Shown: piece after piece, positions 24,835 to 38,789 of the stretch
How the letters are laid out: each line of letters opens with the position of its first letter
Position numbering within the stretch: position 1 is the first letter of the stretch
Source: Octopus sinensis
Taxonomy: Eukaryota
Length of the DNA stretch: 64,000 nucleotides
Assembly: GCF_006345805.1 (NCBI RefSeq)
Contig: NC_043005.1
Location: 66,340,001 to 66,404,000, forward strand
Direction of reading: 5' to 3'
Notes under the pieces: model-generated
Databases searched by the model: none
Seen by the model: only the letters and a program-made list of their open reading frames with translations
What the model was told of the DNA's origin: nothing
Translations under genes and position numbers: made by a program

Positions 24835-25645
24835 TGTATGTATGTATGTATTTATATAATATTTCACTTAAGTTTTGCGACGCTAATAGCCTGGTAGAAC
24901 TCAGTATATGTATAAGAACGAAATGTTGGACGCCTATAGAGCGGTAGTGAGTAAAAGGGATGACAAAGGAATAAATGATTGTAACATAAACTTCATTAGT
25001 TTGTAGCTGTTTCTACTATTACATGCAGCGGACTCATAATTGAATGCCTGAATAATGCCCTTAAGTGTCATCAGAGCCTCGAATAAGAAGTGCAATTTAT
25101 TTGGGAAAGAATTACATTTGCATATATGTAGGGATCGGCATTATCAATGAGAAAATCAACACTGACGTATATAAAAAAAAATTGCATGCTCAAAAGGTAA
25201 TTAGATGTATTAGTAGAAATATATGTATGTATACGTACACATATATATGTGTATGTGTGTGTATGTGTGGTGTGTGTGTGTGTAAAAGGGCGCGCATGTA
25301 TATATGTATATATGTTAACGGTTATATTTAATTACTTTTTTCGCTGTAGTGTGTATTCGTTCCTTTTTGCATGTTATTTAATTTTGATCATATATAAATA
25401 TGAAGCTGTTTCTTTTAATTTGCGGATTTTCTATACACAAACCGAGAAGTTCTCTTACGGAATAGTCGTTATTTTAACGAGATACATCTTGTAATCACCC
25501 GAAGAGACACATCTACACCGTCAGATACTCCTAAACCAATTGTCAAATATCCCACCCGTGAGGGATCCATGCTAGGTGGGTCGAAACAATTGTAATGATT
25601 AATAAATATTCTCGTATGTTCCATTTTCCGTCTCTCTTATTAGTC

Positions 25646-25707
<62 letters not shown>

Positions 25708-25748
25708 ATACACACACACACGCACACACACACCATACACACACACAT

Positions 25749-25780
<32 letters not shown>

Positions 25781-25798
25781 GTATATATATATATACTT

Positions 25799-25847
<49 letters not shown>

Positions 25848-26369
25848 TATATATACACGCATTTATATATATTAATAGATAGGTAGATAGACATACAGAC
25901 AGATAGATTGATAGATCCATCGATATATGGATATGGAAGCAAACACGTATGTGTGTTGTATGGATAGATGGATGAATGGATGGATGGAGTAAGCTATTTA
26001 ATCAAGCGAACATAGAGTTCACCGGACTAGACAGGTTACGTCAAATAATCGTTTAGGGTGATCCCTTTTCCGGGCGCTTGGGATCATTTGTTGGTCTGGG
26101 ACACCTGAGCTATCGATAGTTTTCCACAGTGAGCCGACAACAGAAGGTGTGATCAACGGTTGAAGTACGCGTTGATATATTTGACTTTCGAGGGCAAAAA
26201 AAAAAAACGACCCTGCATTACTGTCATGTAAAATGGCTGTATCACTGCTATAAAAGTGAAGATAGTTTAAGCGACAGCTGAAGTGTGCTTTTGGCACACT
26301 AATGACCCTACACACCCGGATATATACACACAAACATGCATACGCACATACATGTGTATATACGTATAT

Positions 26370-26450
<81 letters not shown>

Positions 26451-26543
26451 TATGCATGTATGTATGTATGCATGTATGCATGTATGAATGCATGAATATA
26501 ACACATGCACGCGCGCTCACACACACATACGCACACGCGTATA

Positions 26544-26768
26544 CGTGGCACTGTTGAAAAGTTCCTAGCTTTGTGGCTTTGGGTAAAAGAAAATGGAGGG
26601 GGATCGGTTAATTATGATTTTATTGAACATATTCCCCTCTCATATCTACGCACTTATTGCAGCGATCCTTCAGTTTTTCTAAATCCTGTAAAAGAACTCG
26701 GAATGCTGAGCCTCCAAGCAGACCTTTCACGATACCCTTAAAGCTAGGAACTTTTCAGCACCACCTCA
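26544..26768. mobile_element. Mariner-type MITE
   Basis: Imperfect 29-bp TIRs with 17 identical nt (GAAAAGTTCCTAGCTTT); TA on both sides; inside a microsatellite. Confidence 0.8.
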
Positions 26769-27544
26769 TACATACATACATACATGCATGCATGCATACA
26801 TACACTTAATAAACTTAGAAATATGTGAGCTATCGTACGCACAACCCTGTAAACTGGTCGTGGATGATAACTGGAGGATTCTCTATAACTTATATTAGTT
26901 ACCTGTAAAAGTTCAGGAACTACTAAATGTTTGTTTCAGCATATTAGTATGTGTGTGATATAAAACTAAATTCGACATCAATTTTATTTATTTCTTTTCT
27001 CTTATAAAGATGTCTTTTAGTATTTTACAAGGACATCTACATCGAAATGATAAACAAACTTAAAGAAACTGTTTGTAAATTGAGTTTGATTAAAACAAGA
27101 TCGATGTTCCCGTCCCGTAGCTTCTCATATTGCATGTAACGACTATTTTAGCATGCAACAGCAGCAGCAAAAGACAGCAAGAACAAAATCTAGCACCGTT
27201 AGTAGTAGTAGCTGTTGCAATTTCAGTGAAGAACTTCAGCAACATACCATTAACAGCAACCTAGTCTGCACTAATAACTGTTTTGTTTTGATCATAAATG
27301 CTAGTTGCACTATTAGACTGTGCTAGTGGGTTGCATGGCACTGTTAAGTAGGAACCTTATTTCGACTTTATTGATAAAAACCACTCCTATTTGTTTACTG
27401 CACAGCTTGTATTATTATAATACTCATGACTTGCTGTAAAAGTTTCGCTGTTTTAAAAAGAATCTATCACAAATTCCAAAGTGTTAGCATTTGAAACTTA
27501 TTTCATTCCGTAGCACGAGGTCTTAACATATTGGTTTCAAATTT

Positions 27545-27715
27545 GGGAACAAAGCCAGTAACATCGCGCCCAGTGCTCAGCTGGTACTTACTTTATCGAC
27601 CTTGAAAAGGGGATAAAACGAAGAGTAGGACTGGGTAGAATTTAACTCAAAAGATGAAAGACCGTTAAGGATTTTTCCCGGCGTGTTAACTAGTCCGCCT
27701 GCTCGCCGCCTTACG
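27545..27715 (-). mobile_element. SINE family B, degenerate
   Basis: CCCAGTGCTCAGCTGGTACTTACTTTATCGACC...CTCGCCGCCTTA. Confidence 0.65.
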
Positions 27716-28441
27716 AGACTGCCATATATTAAATATATAATTACATAAATGTGGTCATTATTACCGATGGCTGGCTATAGAAATGCCCGGTCTACTGAAT
27801 GTTCTATCCATATATCTGTGAAGCTTCACAAAGGGAGCGTGTTTCCGGGCTACATTATACATTATTTACTTGATAGAAAACTTTGAAACAAAGCAACCAA
27901 AGAAAAAGAAACATCAAAGATGGAAAGTTATACATATTTCGGTGGGTAGGAGTGGGGGTATACTTTGTCTTTAGAAGTTCTTGACTGGGAAAACGTGTGT
28001 TACTATACTTAAGAAAAAAAAAAAGAAAAAGCTCACAACTTCAAAGTTAATATAGAGACAAAAAACTCTAATTGGTGACATTAGAATCTCTATTTTACAA
28101 GTTTATGAGAAAACTGATAATGGTGATGAAGAATACAGTAATAAAGATGAGGATGATGATGATGATGATGATGACGACGACGACAGTGTTGGTGATGGTG
28201 GTGATAAAGATGATGGTGATGACGATAAAAATGACGATGGTTATTATGATAAATAAGTTTGTAATTATAAAGAAATATATTTATGGTTTATAATAAAAGT
28301 TTACGCGGTTTAGGAATGGTAAATGCACATATCAAAGTAAATATATGCGTCTTAGACCAGTGGTTCCCAACATTTTCACAACCATGGAACCATTTTATTA
28401 AAAAAAATTTTCCCCACAGATACCATTTAATATGTTTATCC

Positions 28442-28477
<36 letters not shown>

Positions 28478-28521
28478 AGGATAAACATATATGAAAATCA
28501 TAGCACTTTTTCCGATGGCCG

Positions 28522-28582
28522 GATAACTGAAGAGATGGCGGCATGGATTTCCACCCCGACATCCGAAACTCGGAGTTTTATC
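28522..28582 (+). ncRNA. Type I hammerhead motif (H1)
   Basis: GAUAA | CUGAAGA | GAUG-G-CGG...CCG-A-CAUC | C | GAAAC UCG GA GUU | UUAUC (perfect 5-bp stem I). Confidence 0.65.
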
Positions 28583-28684
28583 ATGGCTACCGAATAATTG
28601 TCACTTATTATATTTACAGATAAATTCCTCTATTTACATAATATCGAGGTCTCTTTCATTCTTTTGTTGTCTTACCATTTCTAT

Positions 28685-28720
<36 letters not shown>

Positions 28721-28817
28721 CGGGAAGCTTTATGAAAATAAACAAAAGACGAAGGCAGGTGGAAAACAAACGAACAATTGTATTAGTATGGCGCTCAGGA
28801 AATATAAATAAAACAAG

Positions 28818-28855
28818 TCTTTAACGTTTCGAGCCTACGCTCTTCAACAGAAAGA
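28818..28855 (-). ncRNA. Minimal hammerhead motif (H2), A6U variant
   Basis: UCUUU | CUGUUGA | A | GAGC-GUAG-GCUC | GAAAC | GUU | AAAGA. Confidence 0.65.
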
Positions 28856-29162
28856 TACACAGAGAGAGAAAAACACAGAAAGAAGGAGAGAAAAAAAATG
28901 CGTGCAGTAGCTAACGAATCAACATGGCCATGTATATATATATATATATATGAAATTTTGAATTTAGTTCACGGACACCACAGAACAACCTATGCGGACC
29001 ACGAGGGGTCCGCGGACCACTGGTTGGGAACCACTATCATAGATTGTATATGTCCCAATAAACATTAGCATATGTATATAGCTATGTAACTATCTATGCA
29101 TGTATGTACAAATATATATTTGAGCATATGTATATATATACATCTGTGTCTATATGTATGTA

Positions 29163-29220
<58 letters not shown>

Positions 29221-29763
29221 CACACACATGTAGATATATAATTCTAATGTATAGTTAAAATTAACTATGTATATTACTTTCAGAAAAAGGATGTTTGAGA
29301 TTATCATAGGGGCGTTGAGAGAAATAGTTTCCTCTAGTTGTGATCTCTTTCGGATTAAGTTCGAAGGCCAGCGTGCCCTATTATGCACTAAATAATTTCG
29401 GGAATGATAATTATAATACGTTTTATGTATTGTAGTTGACTCTTCTCACAGTCTCTGTTCTGTCCCTCTCTCTTTCTCTCCAAGTCTCTCTCTTACTTGT
29501 TCTGTGTGTCTATTTCTCTCACAAACATGCGTACCTGTCCACTTTACATATCTATCCACTGTACGAGAACCTTAAATATATGTTTTTTTTAAATGCTTTT
29601 GAAAGAAACAAAGTTATGTACGGAGAAAGATATGCATCTACACTCACACACACACATATTCATGTAATATGCGTACATATATACATATGCAATCATACAT
29701 GCAAACATGTCTATATATACACATATATATATGTACATTATACATACGCACACACTCACACAC

Positions 29764-29802
<39 letters not shown>

Positions 29803-29806
<4 letters not shown>

Positions 29807-30204
29807 CGCAGGAGTGGCTGTCTGGTAAGTAGCTTGTTTACCAACCACATGGTTCTGGGTTCAGTCTCACTGCGTGGCACCTTGGGCAAGTGTCTTCTAC
29901 TATAGCCTCGGGCCGACCAAAGCCTTGTGAGTGGATTTGGTAGACGGAAACTGAAAGAAGCCCGTCGTATATATGTATATATACATATATGCGTGTGTGT
30001 GTTTGTGTGTCTGTGTTTGTCCCCCTAGCATTGCTTGACTACCGATGCTGGTGTGTTTATGTCCCCGTTACTTAGCGGTTCGGCAAAAGAGACCGATAGA
30101 ATAAGTACTGGGCTTACAAAAGAATAAGTCCCGGGATCGATTTGCTCGATTAAAGGTGGTGCTCCAGCATGGCCGCAGTAAAAGAGTAAAAGAGTAAAAG
30201 AGTA
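29803..30204 (+). mobile_element. SINE family A, full length
   Basis: Head, internal microsatellite and (AAAAGAGT)n tail. Confidence 0.9.
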
Positions 30205-30205
30205 A

Positions 30206-30252
<47 letters not shown>

Positions 30253-30313
30253 GTATATATGTGTGTGTGTTTGTGCATACATACATACATATATATATAT
30301 ATATGTAAGTATG

Positions 30314-30360
<47 letters not shown>

Positions 30361-30366
30361 ATATAT

Positions 30367-30422
<56 letters not shown>

Positions 30423-30949
30423 CTTGTTCATACGTATTTCGTATTACTATATGGCTCGGCAACCTAGAATGATCACCTGAAGTATTGTAATCACGTCCTT
30501 CCCACCTTAATTAATAACCACCCAACACACAATAAATGGTAATTCATAAATTAAGGTGCCACATAAACTCCCTTTTATTAAGTATCTTTACTAAGAAACC
30601 TGAGAATAATTACAAATAACATACACCGCCTTACAAAATTAGCTCTACGACATATAATTAGTAAATTAATTAATGCGAAAAATATTGTCGATTTATTGTG
30701 TTATATCAACAATGGTGTTTTCGATATTTTGTCTACTTTGACTTGATTAAATAAACTTATTGTCAAAGACTTCATAACTTTGACCTGTCCTGTCTTTCAC
30801 CAGGTGTTACATTCCCTATAATTCCATGTTCCTATACATGCCGTATTTCAGAAGATAAAAGGGAATTTGGGGGGAGATTAAGCTGCTATTTTTGGAGGGC
30901 GCGTAATTATGTAGATATATACGCGATTCATACCCGTGGAGCTGGTGGT

Positions 30950-30954
30950 GGTGG

Positions 30955-30999
<45 letters not shown>

Positions 31000-31110
31000 C
31001 GACGATGACGACGATGATGATGATGATGATAATGATGATGATGATGATGATGATGATGATAATGATGATGACGATGATGATGATGATGATGATGATGTTT
31101 ATGATGATGA
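30950..31110. repeat. (GAT)n trinucleotide microsatellite
   Basis: Direct reading; explains the poly-His and poly-Met ORFs. Confidence 0.95.
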
Positions 31111-31407
31111 CGATGTAGAGGATGGTGTTCATGGTGGTGATGTCTATAGAAATGCTGGGCAGTGAAGGTTTTTGAGGTAATCATGGTGGTGGTGACGGTA
31201 GTAGTGGTGGTGGAGGTGGAATTAGGTTCTTATTCGGAATTAATTTTTGACCAGCCTGTATAATCATTACCACAGGTTGGTGTTGCGAAGATGTCCTGCG
31301 AAAATATGAGTTGTAAAAGGTCCCATATAAGTTTTTTTTCAAATATGTAAACACGTGCGTGCGCACAGGCCCACACAATAACACGCACACACACACACAT
31401 ACACGCA

Positions 31408-31450
<43 letters not shown>

Positions 31451-31499
31451 GTATTTATAAATATCTATATCGATATGCATATATATATATAAGTTTATA

Positions 31500-31563
<64 letters not shown>

Positions 31564-32426
31564 CCTATATATGTTTATATATATATATATGTGTGAGTGT
31601 ATATATATACATATATATAGCATACATATATATGCATATATATATACATATATATTAATAATGACAACAAAAGAATGTGAGTGTGTATATATATATATAT
31701 ATATATATGCGTTCATGCAGATATATGTATAGAACTATATATGCATATTCAACAAGTCATTTTCTGTCAAATATTACGAACCACACACACCAACACGAAA
31801 AGAAACACACACAACAAAAAAAGAAAAGACAATAAACGTAATTAATTATTTCTAACAACGAAACGATAAAAAAAAGAAAGCAGGATTCATCTAAATTATT
31901 CACCTCTAATAGCAAAGCAAATACAAAAGAATCGAATCAATGCCAGTCAGTACACAGTCAATAAGAAAAGACAAAACTTACAATAATATCCTTGCATTTT
32001 ATGAACATCTTAGAAAACAATTCCATGTCTGTGTCTTTGTTGTTTCTTGTTTTTAATCTTTTTTTTTTTGTTACTTTTCTGCTTTTATTTTTATTCTAGG
32101 TGCTTTCTTTCTTGGAGTTTTCATGCACTTTTTTGCGTCTTTCTTACTAGTTTCGGAATTCTTTCTAAATTCTCTCCCCCTCTTACTCCCTCAGTTCTAC
32201 TCTCCCTCTCCTATCCTTATCTAATTCTCTCTCAAACACGCACACGCCGGCTCGTACGAAGACATACATACGCATAAACATGCAACATACACATACTCAC
32301 ACTTTCTCTCTGCTTCTCCGTGTATTTTGGCTAATTTCGTTTGGATTTATCTTGATACTGCTGTGTCATACATACACACACACAAACACACAAACAAACA
32401 CATATATATATTTGTGTATGTATATG

Positions 32427-32474
<48 letters not shown>

Positions 32475-32696
32475 CATATATAATGTATACATATATAGTA
32501 TATACTTATATGTATATACATACACATGCACATACACACGCACACATATACATACATATATGCACAAATATACATATACACGCATATACTTATACATACA
32601 CATACATACATATATAGGTGCATATACCTACACACGCATACATATATGTGTATATCTACATATCTATATCTATATCTATATCTATCTATCTATCAA

Positions 32697-32743
<47 letters not shown>

Positions 32744-32849
32744 TACCTTTTCTTCAAGTTTTTGAGAGTTAAGGGAATGTATTGAATAAAAAACGTTTGG
32801 TTTTGACATATACTATTTACAACAAAATATCAAAATACATATTTCGTAA

Positions 32850-33440
<591 letters not shown>

Positions 33441-33894
33441 TAATTTTGGTACGGGGCCTGTAATTTTAAGTGTGAGAACAATGTATTACATGAGTCTCAT
33501 TGCTACAATGGTACTCATTTCATCGATCTGAGTGGATGTAAAGAAAGTCGGTCTTGGAGGAGTTTGAACTCAAATGTAATGAGTCGTGAAGAAATACCAC
33601 TAAAATGTTTGTCCGACGCAGTAACGATTAAACTCGCTCGCTGACTTGGTAGTGAGTATAAAAATAATTCGTTCTAAGTTTAGAACAAGCCAGCAGTTTT
33701 GAGGGGAGAGGGCAAGACGGTTACGTCGATACCTGTGCACAACTTGTATTATATTTCATTGATCCAAAGAAGATGAACAGCAGATTTGAACTCTGCGTTA
33801 CTCGAAGAGACGGTGTAAGGAGCTTTAACAAGAACGAGTGTAAAGAGCTACACAAAAACAACAACAACTATAATTATGATAATAATAATAATCC

Positions 33895-34080
33895 TTTCTA
33901 GTACAGACACAAGGCCTGAAATTTTGGAGGAGGGGATAAGTCGGTTTCATCGATCCCAGTACGTAACTGGTACTTATATCTTCGACCTCGGCGGGATTTA
34001 GACTCAGAACGTAGCGACGGGCGAAATACTGCTAAGCATTTCGTCCAGCGTGCTAACGATTTTGCCAGCTCGCCACCTTA
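33895..34080 (-). mobile_element. SINE family B (tail type B2)
   Basis: B head and core with the alternative tail ..CCCCTCCTCCAAAATTTCAGGCCTTGTG. Confidence 0.8.
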
Positions 34081-34124
34081 ATAATAGCAACAACAACAAC
34101 AACAATAATAATGATAATAATAAA

Positions 34125-34679
34125 TTCCCTGATGCAGTACCAGACAGTGGCTCTCATGGCCTCTGGTTTTAACTGATTGGAAGTGTTATCATGTACATTG
34201 TTTTGTCTTGGTATAAAAGATGGACTACAGCAAATATTCTGCTTAATACCACAGATTTGCTTGTCAGTTGTTTGACCATAACCAGTTCACCATGTCCCTT
34301 AGTGGCTGACGATACGTGCATCTCTGAGCATGAGCAGAAGTAGTGAGGGACCATCATAGCCGTGTGTTGAAAGGAATTCTTGGAGGTTTGGATAATTAAC
34401 CTATAGAAACATGGGTGGTTCGTTCAACATCCTTCAACAATCCTTATTCAGGGACCTTTTGAGCGGGATGGGCAACTCGACCAGAAGGAAATTCTAACTG
34501 GGCCCCACCTGCAAGGTCGTGCGCTGTTTATTTTGATATGAGATCACCATGTCGCGCACACATAGTTGTGATGCATGTGCCTGGTGTACCCTTATCAGAC
34601 GGGTAGTCATGATGGGTATATTGGGCTTCGTATATTTTACCCCAGTGTCACTTTGATAGCATGCACTGCTCTCTCACTC

Positions 34680-34680
<1 letters not shown>
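34125..34680 (+). mobile_element. Non-coding interspersed-repeat-like segment ending in an (AAT)n tail
   Basis: GC-elevated 555-bp block between an (AAC/AAT)n tract and a perfect (AAT)n tract (34680-34768). Single copy in the window; repeat status is inference. Confidence 0.45.
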
Positions 34681-34766
<86 letters not shown>

Positions 34767-34768
<2 letters not shown>

Positions 34769-34934
34769 GTCGATTACATCGACCCAGTGTTTCATTGGTA
34801 CTTAATTTATCAACCCCGAAAGCATGAAACGCAAAGTCGACCACTGTGGAATTTGAACTCAGTACGTATATACGAACGGAATGCCGCTAAATATTTTGCC
34901 AAGCATGTTAACGATTCTTCCACCTCTCCGCCTT
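34767..34934 (-). mobile_element. SINE family B, tail-less fragment
   Basis: AAGTCGATTACATCGACCCCAGTG...GGAATTTGAACTCAG. Confidence 0.75.
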
Positions 34935-35995
34935 AGTAACAACTACAACAACACGGAAAGGAGAAAAGAAAGAGCTACAATGCTAAAAATCATCCAGACA
35001 AGTTTCTGATGCTAATCAATTTTAAGAGAAAAAACAAAATGTTCAAAGAAAACTAAGTCCACGGATAAATATCCGTCTCGATCAAGTTTTTTCGATTGTT
35101 TCAGTTTAGTTAATTAGACTTCGATTAGTATTTTGTTTCAATGACTTTTTTACCTCCTCGAACACTGGCTAAAATACACGAAACTAATTTTCTATTATAT
35201 ATTTTCTTGTGTAGCAGCATAAGTATTTATTTCAAATTGGATCTTATAAATATTATTTTATAATATTACAACTAACATTCTATTTAACCTACTTTCATTT
35301 TCGTAATTTTCTTCTCTTTTTTTTTTGCTTGTCAGTGTAATATTTCAAATACGAATAGTAAATAAATAAAACTAAAAGAACTTAGGCACTTGAGAAGTAG
35401 TTTTCCAAGTTAATTGTTATATTTATAAGCCTGTCTCGTGTATTAACAGCGCATCTACCTTATTTACTGCAACCTCTCATGCATTCACTTACACTTGTTC
35501 ATCTTTTTCTTCTACTGCCTCATCCACCTCCCCTTCCTCTTCTTTTCATTCTCCTCTTTATCTTCCTCTCATCAACACAATACGTATCTTGCTTTATTCC
35601 TCAGCATTTATTTCGATCTCTCTTACTGGTTCTCTCACTATCATCATGAACATTCTAAATTTCTACGTATCGTCTAAGTAAATTCAGGTTCTTTCTTTAA
35701 TTAACTTACATTTAAACACAATGACACTCTATAGTGTAAAAATATGTCAACAGAAACCCATCCATTCTCTCACACACATATATTTGTGCATGTCCGTGTG
35801 TCAGTTTGTCGCATGCATTTCTATGTCTATATATGCTTGTCAGACTATCATTGTATTACAACAGAGAAATACTTTCGAAAAAGGTAATATATACAGGGCT
35901 GCGTTTGAAAGTGCATAATTATCATGTGGAGAAATATAAGACACACACTGATATATACATACAAACAGTTATACATACATACATACGTACATACA

Positions 35996-36027
<32 letters not shown>

Positions 36028-36077
36028 AGTGTGTGTGTGTGTGTGTGTGTGTAAATATAAGCATAAACATATGAGTA

Positions 36078-36298
36078 TACTCTTTTACTCTTTACTCTTT
36101 TACTTGTTTCAGTTATTTGAGTGCGGCCATGCTGAAGCACCGCCTTTAGTCGAGCAACTCGACCCCGGGACTTATTCTTTTTGTAAGCCCAGTACTTATT
36201 CTATCGGTCTCTTTTTGCCGAACCGCTAAGTGACGGGGATGTAAACACACCAGCATCGGTTGTCAAGCAATGCTAGGGGAACAAACACAGACACACAA

Positions 36299-36363
<65 letters not shown>

Positions 36364-36512
36364 TACGACAGGCTTCTTTCAGTTTCTGTCTACCAAATCC
36401 ACTCACAAGGCATTGGTCGGCTCGGGGCTATAGCAGAAGACACTTGCCCAAGATGCCACGCAGTGGGATTGAACCCGGAACCATGTGGTTGGTTAGCCAC
36501 TCCTGCTCCTAT
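36078..36512 (-). mobile_element. SINE family A, full length
   Basis: As for the other A copies. Confidence 0.9.
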
Positions 36513-37744
36513 ATATGTGTATGTGTATATATATATATATAAATAAAAGAATCAATGGCCGTTCTCGAGCCATTGGTTCATAAAACCGACGGTCCGTCGA
36601 AGGATTATTTATGTTTGCTTGGTGAAATGAAGTATTTTGCTGAAGAGCAGAACGCATTGCTAGTCCAGGAATCGAAATAACAATATTACCATCATAAGGG
36701 AAAAACCCTAAGCACTAAGCCACACACCTCACACGCGCGTACGCACATATACATACATATATAAAAGAATTTTAAGACGAGAAGATGGAATGAACATGCT
36801 TTATTACAAATCCCTACAATTGTTTTGACGCATCAGCTGGTAATTGTTGAATGTTCCATATATTATACATGTTAATGCGATCCAACAATAGCTACATAAA
36901 CGCACGTCTTCGGGTGAGTAGACTCCACAGCACAACTAGATCACCTTCAGTTTCTCTTTGTTTTAATACCCACACCATTATGATAATTTTAACATTCGAC
37001 TGACGAAGAACAACAGGGAAATTCAAAGACATTCAAATGAGAAAAATACCAAATTTAAATCATTTAAAATACATAAAAAATAAAGAGACAGATTTGTCCC
37101 GACTTTTAGGAAAATAAACGAACATTCTAAGATAATAACGTCGTAAAATAATAAATTTGAGCAATTACTCGCCCCTTGTGTGTGTTACTCATACCGGACT
37201 TTGTCACAGTTCCTCTACAGGTCTTTAAGTGAGACTATCAAATCAAGAATATTTACTTCCACGCACCTTTATACATACATTTACTTGACACTAATTTACG
37301 GACATATATCTATTTAGACAAACAGTTACACTTTTCGTTCTCATGAGTGTATATTTTGTCAAGCTACTCCACTTATAAACCTCTGAATGCACTCATATAA
37401 TTTTTTTTTTCTATATCTATACCCATTCATTTAGAATTTTAAGTATATACTAAAGAAAAATAAACGATATATAACGTCCTGGGAGAACATTATTAAGTTT
37501 GATCGTTCCGATCTACATAGTTCTATAAATCGTAATATGTCTATTCACGTATGGTAACAATGGAAATACATGCCATATTCATGGTAGGTCTCGCAGGTTC
37601 ATATATGTCAGAACATCATGATAAAGAGAGCTATCCTATAGCTCTTACACTTTTAACCAAATACTTTTACACACATGCAAATTATTATGAAATTACATAA
37701 TTTAGTTAAACAACAATATAATCGTACTAATACTAATTTTAAAT

Positions 37745-37930
37745 TTTGGCACAAGGCCAGCAAGTTCAGAGGAGTTGGGGATGAGCTGATTACATCAATC
37801 TCAGCGTTCAAATGATGGTTATTTTACCGACTCCGAAAAGATGTATGGTGAAGTCGACTTCGGCGGAATTTGAACTCAGCATGAAGTATTTTGTCCGACG
37901 AGCTAACGGATTTGCTAGCTCGCTGCCTTC
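37745..37930 (-). mobile_element. SINE family B (B2), diverged
   Basis: GGCACAAGGCCAGC tail; GAAGTCGACTTCGGCGGAATTTGAACTCAG. Confidence 0.75.
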
Positions 37931-38126
37931 GTAATCATATTAATAACGATAATGAAAATCCCTCAATTAGTACATTTTTGAGTAATCTGTAGATTGATAG
38001 AATAGCAGAAGCCAAATGTTTCCTCTAAATTCCAAAAATGAACGTTTAAGTCTATGGTTATATGTTAGGACAATTTCATATTGCTTGTCGATAATGACAT
38101 TACATAATGTAATGTATAGTGTTTCT

Positions 38127-38727
38127 TATTTCTTTACTGCCCACAAGGAGATACACACAGAGGGGACAAACAAGGACAGACAAACGGATTAAGTCAATTA
38201 TATCGACCCCGGTGCGCAACTAGTACTTATTTAATCGACCCCGAAAGGATGAAAGGCAAAGTCGACCTCAGCGGAATTTGAGCTCAGAACATAGCGGCAG
38301 ACAAAATACATATTTCTTTACTACCCACAAGAGGCTAAACACAGAGAGGACAAACAAGGACAGACAAACGGATTAAGTCTATTATATCGACCCCTGTGCG
38401 TAACTGGTACTTATTTCATCGACCCCGAAAGGATGAAAGGCAAAGTCGACCTCGGCGGAATTTGAACTAAGAACGTAGCGGCAGACGAAATACCTATTTC
38501 TTTACTACCAACAAGGGGCTAAACACAGGGAGGACAAACAAGGACAGACAAACGGATTAAGTCGATTACATCGACCCCAGTGCGTAACTGGTACTTATTT
38601 AATCGACCCCGAAAGGATGAAAGGCAAAGTCGACCTCGGCGGAATTTGAACTCAGAACGTAACGGCAGACGAAATACCGCTAAGCATTTCACCCGGCATG
38701 ATAACGTTTCTGCCAGCTCACTGCCTT
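38127..38727 (-). mobile_element. SINE family B (B1) head-to-tail trimer, 184-bp period, single head
   Basis: Units start at 38127, 38311 and 38495; only the last carries the A-box head; 23-bp TSD with 2 mismatches (38105-38127 / 38728-38750). Confidence 0.9.
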
Positions 38728-38789
38728 TAATGTAATATATAGAGTTTCTTCTGAGCTTTTGAGTATGTATTATATATGTGGCATCGAGA

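Larger units (their letters stand above)
28358..29036. mobile_element. hAT (Charlie/Buster-like) MITE with a nested insert of about 500 bp
   Basis: TIRs CAGTGGTTCCCAAC / GTTGGGAACCACTA; 8-bp TSD TCTTAGAC / TCATAGAT (6/8, central TA). Confidence 0.8.

Noticed and set aside
26019-26300. GC-balanced stretch and 163-aa ORF as a host exon
   Set aside because: The ORF start lies in microsatellite, there is no recognisable domain, and no consistent splice pair.
38127-38727. 184-bp tandem array as a CRISPR or satellite
   Set aside because: The units are whole SINE bodies with no unique spacers; eukaryotic context and no cas genes.
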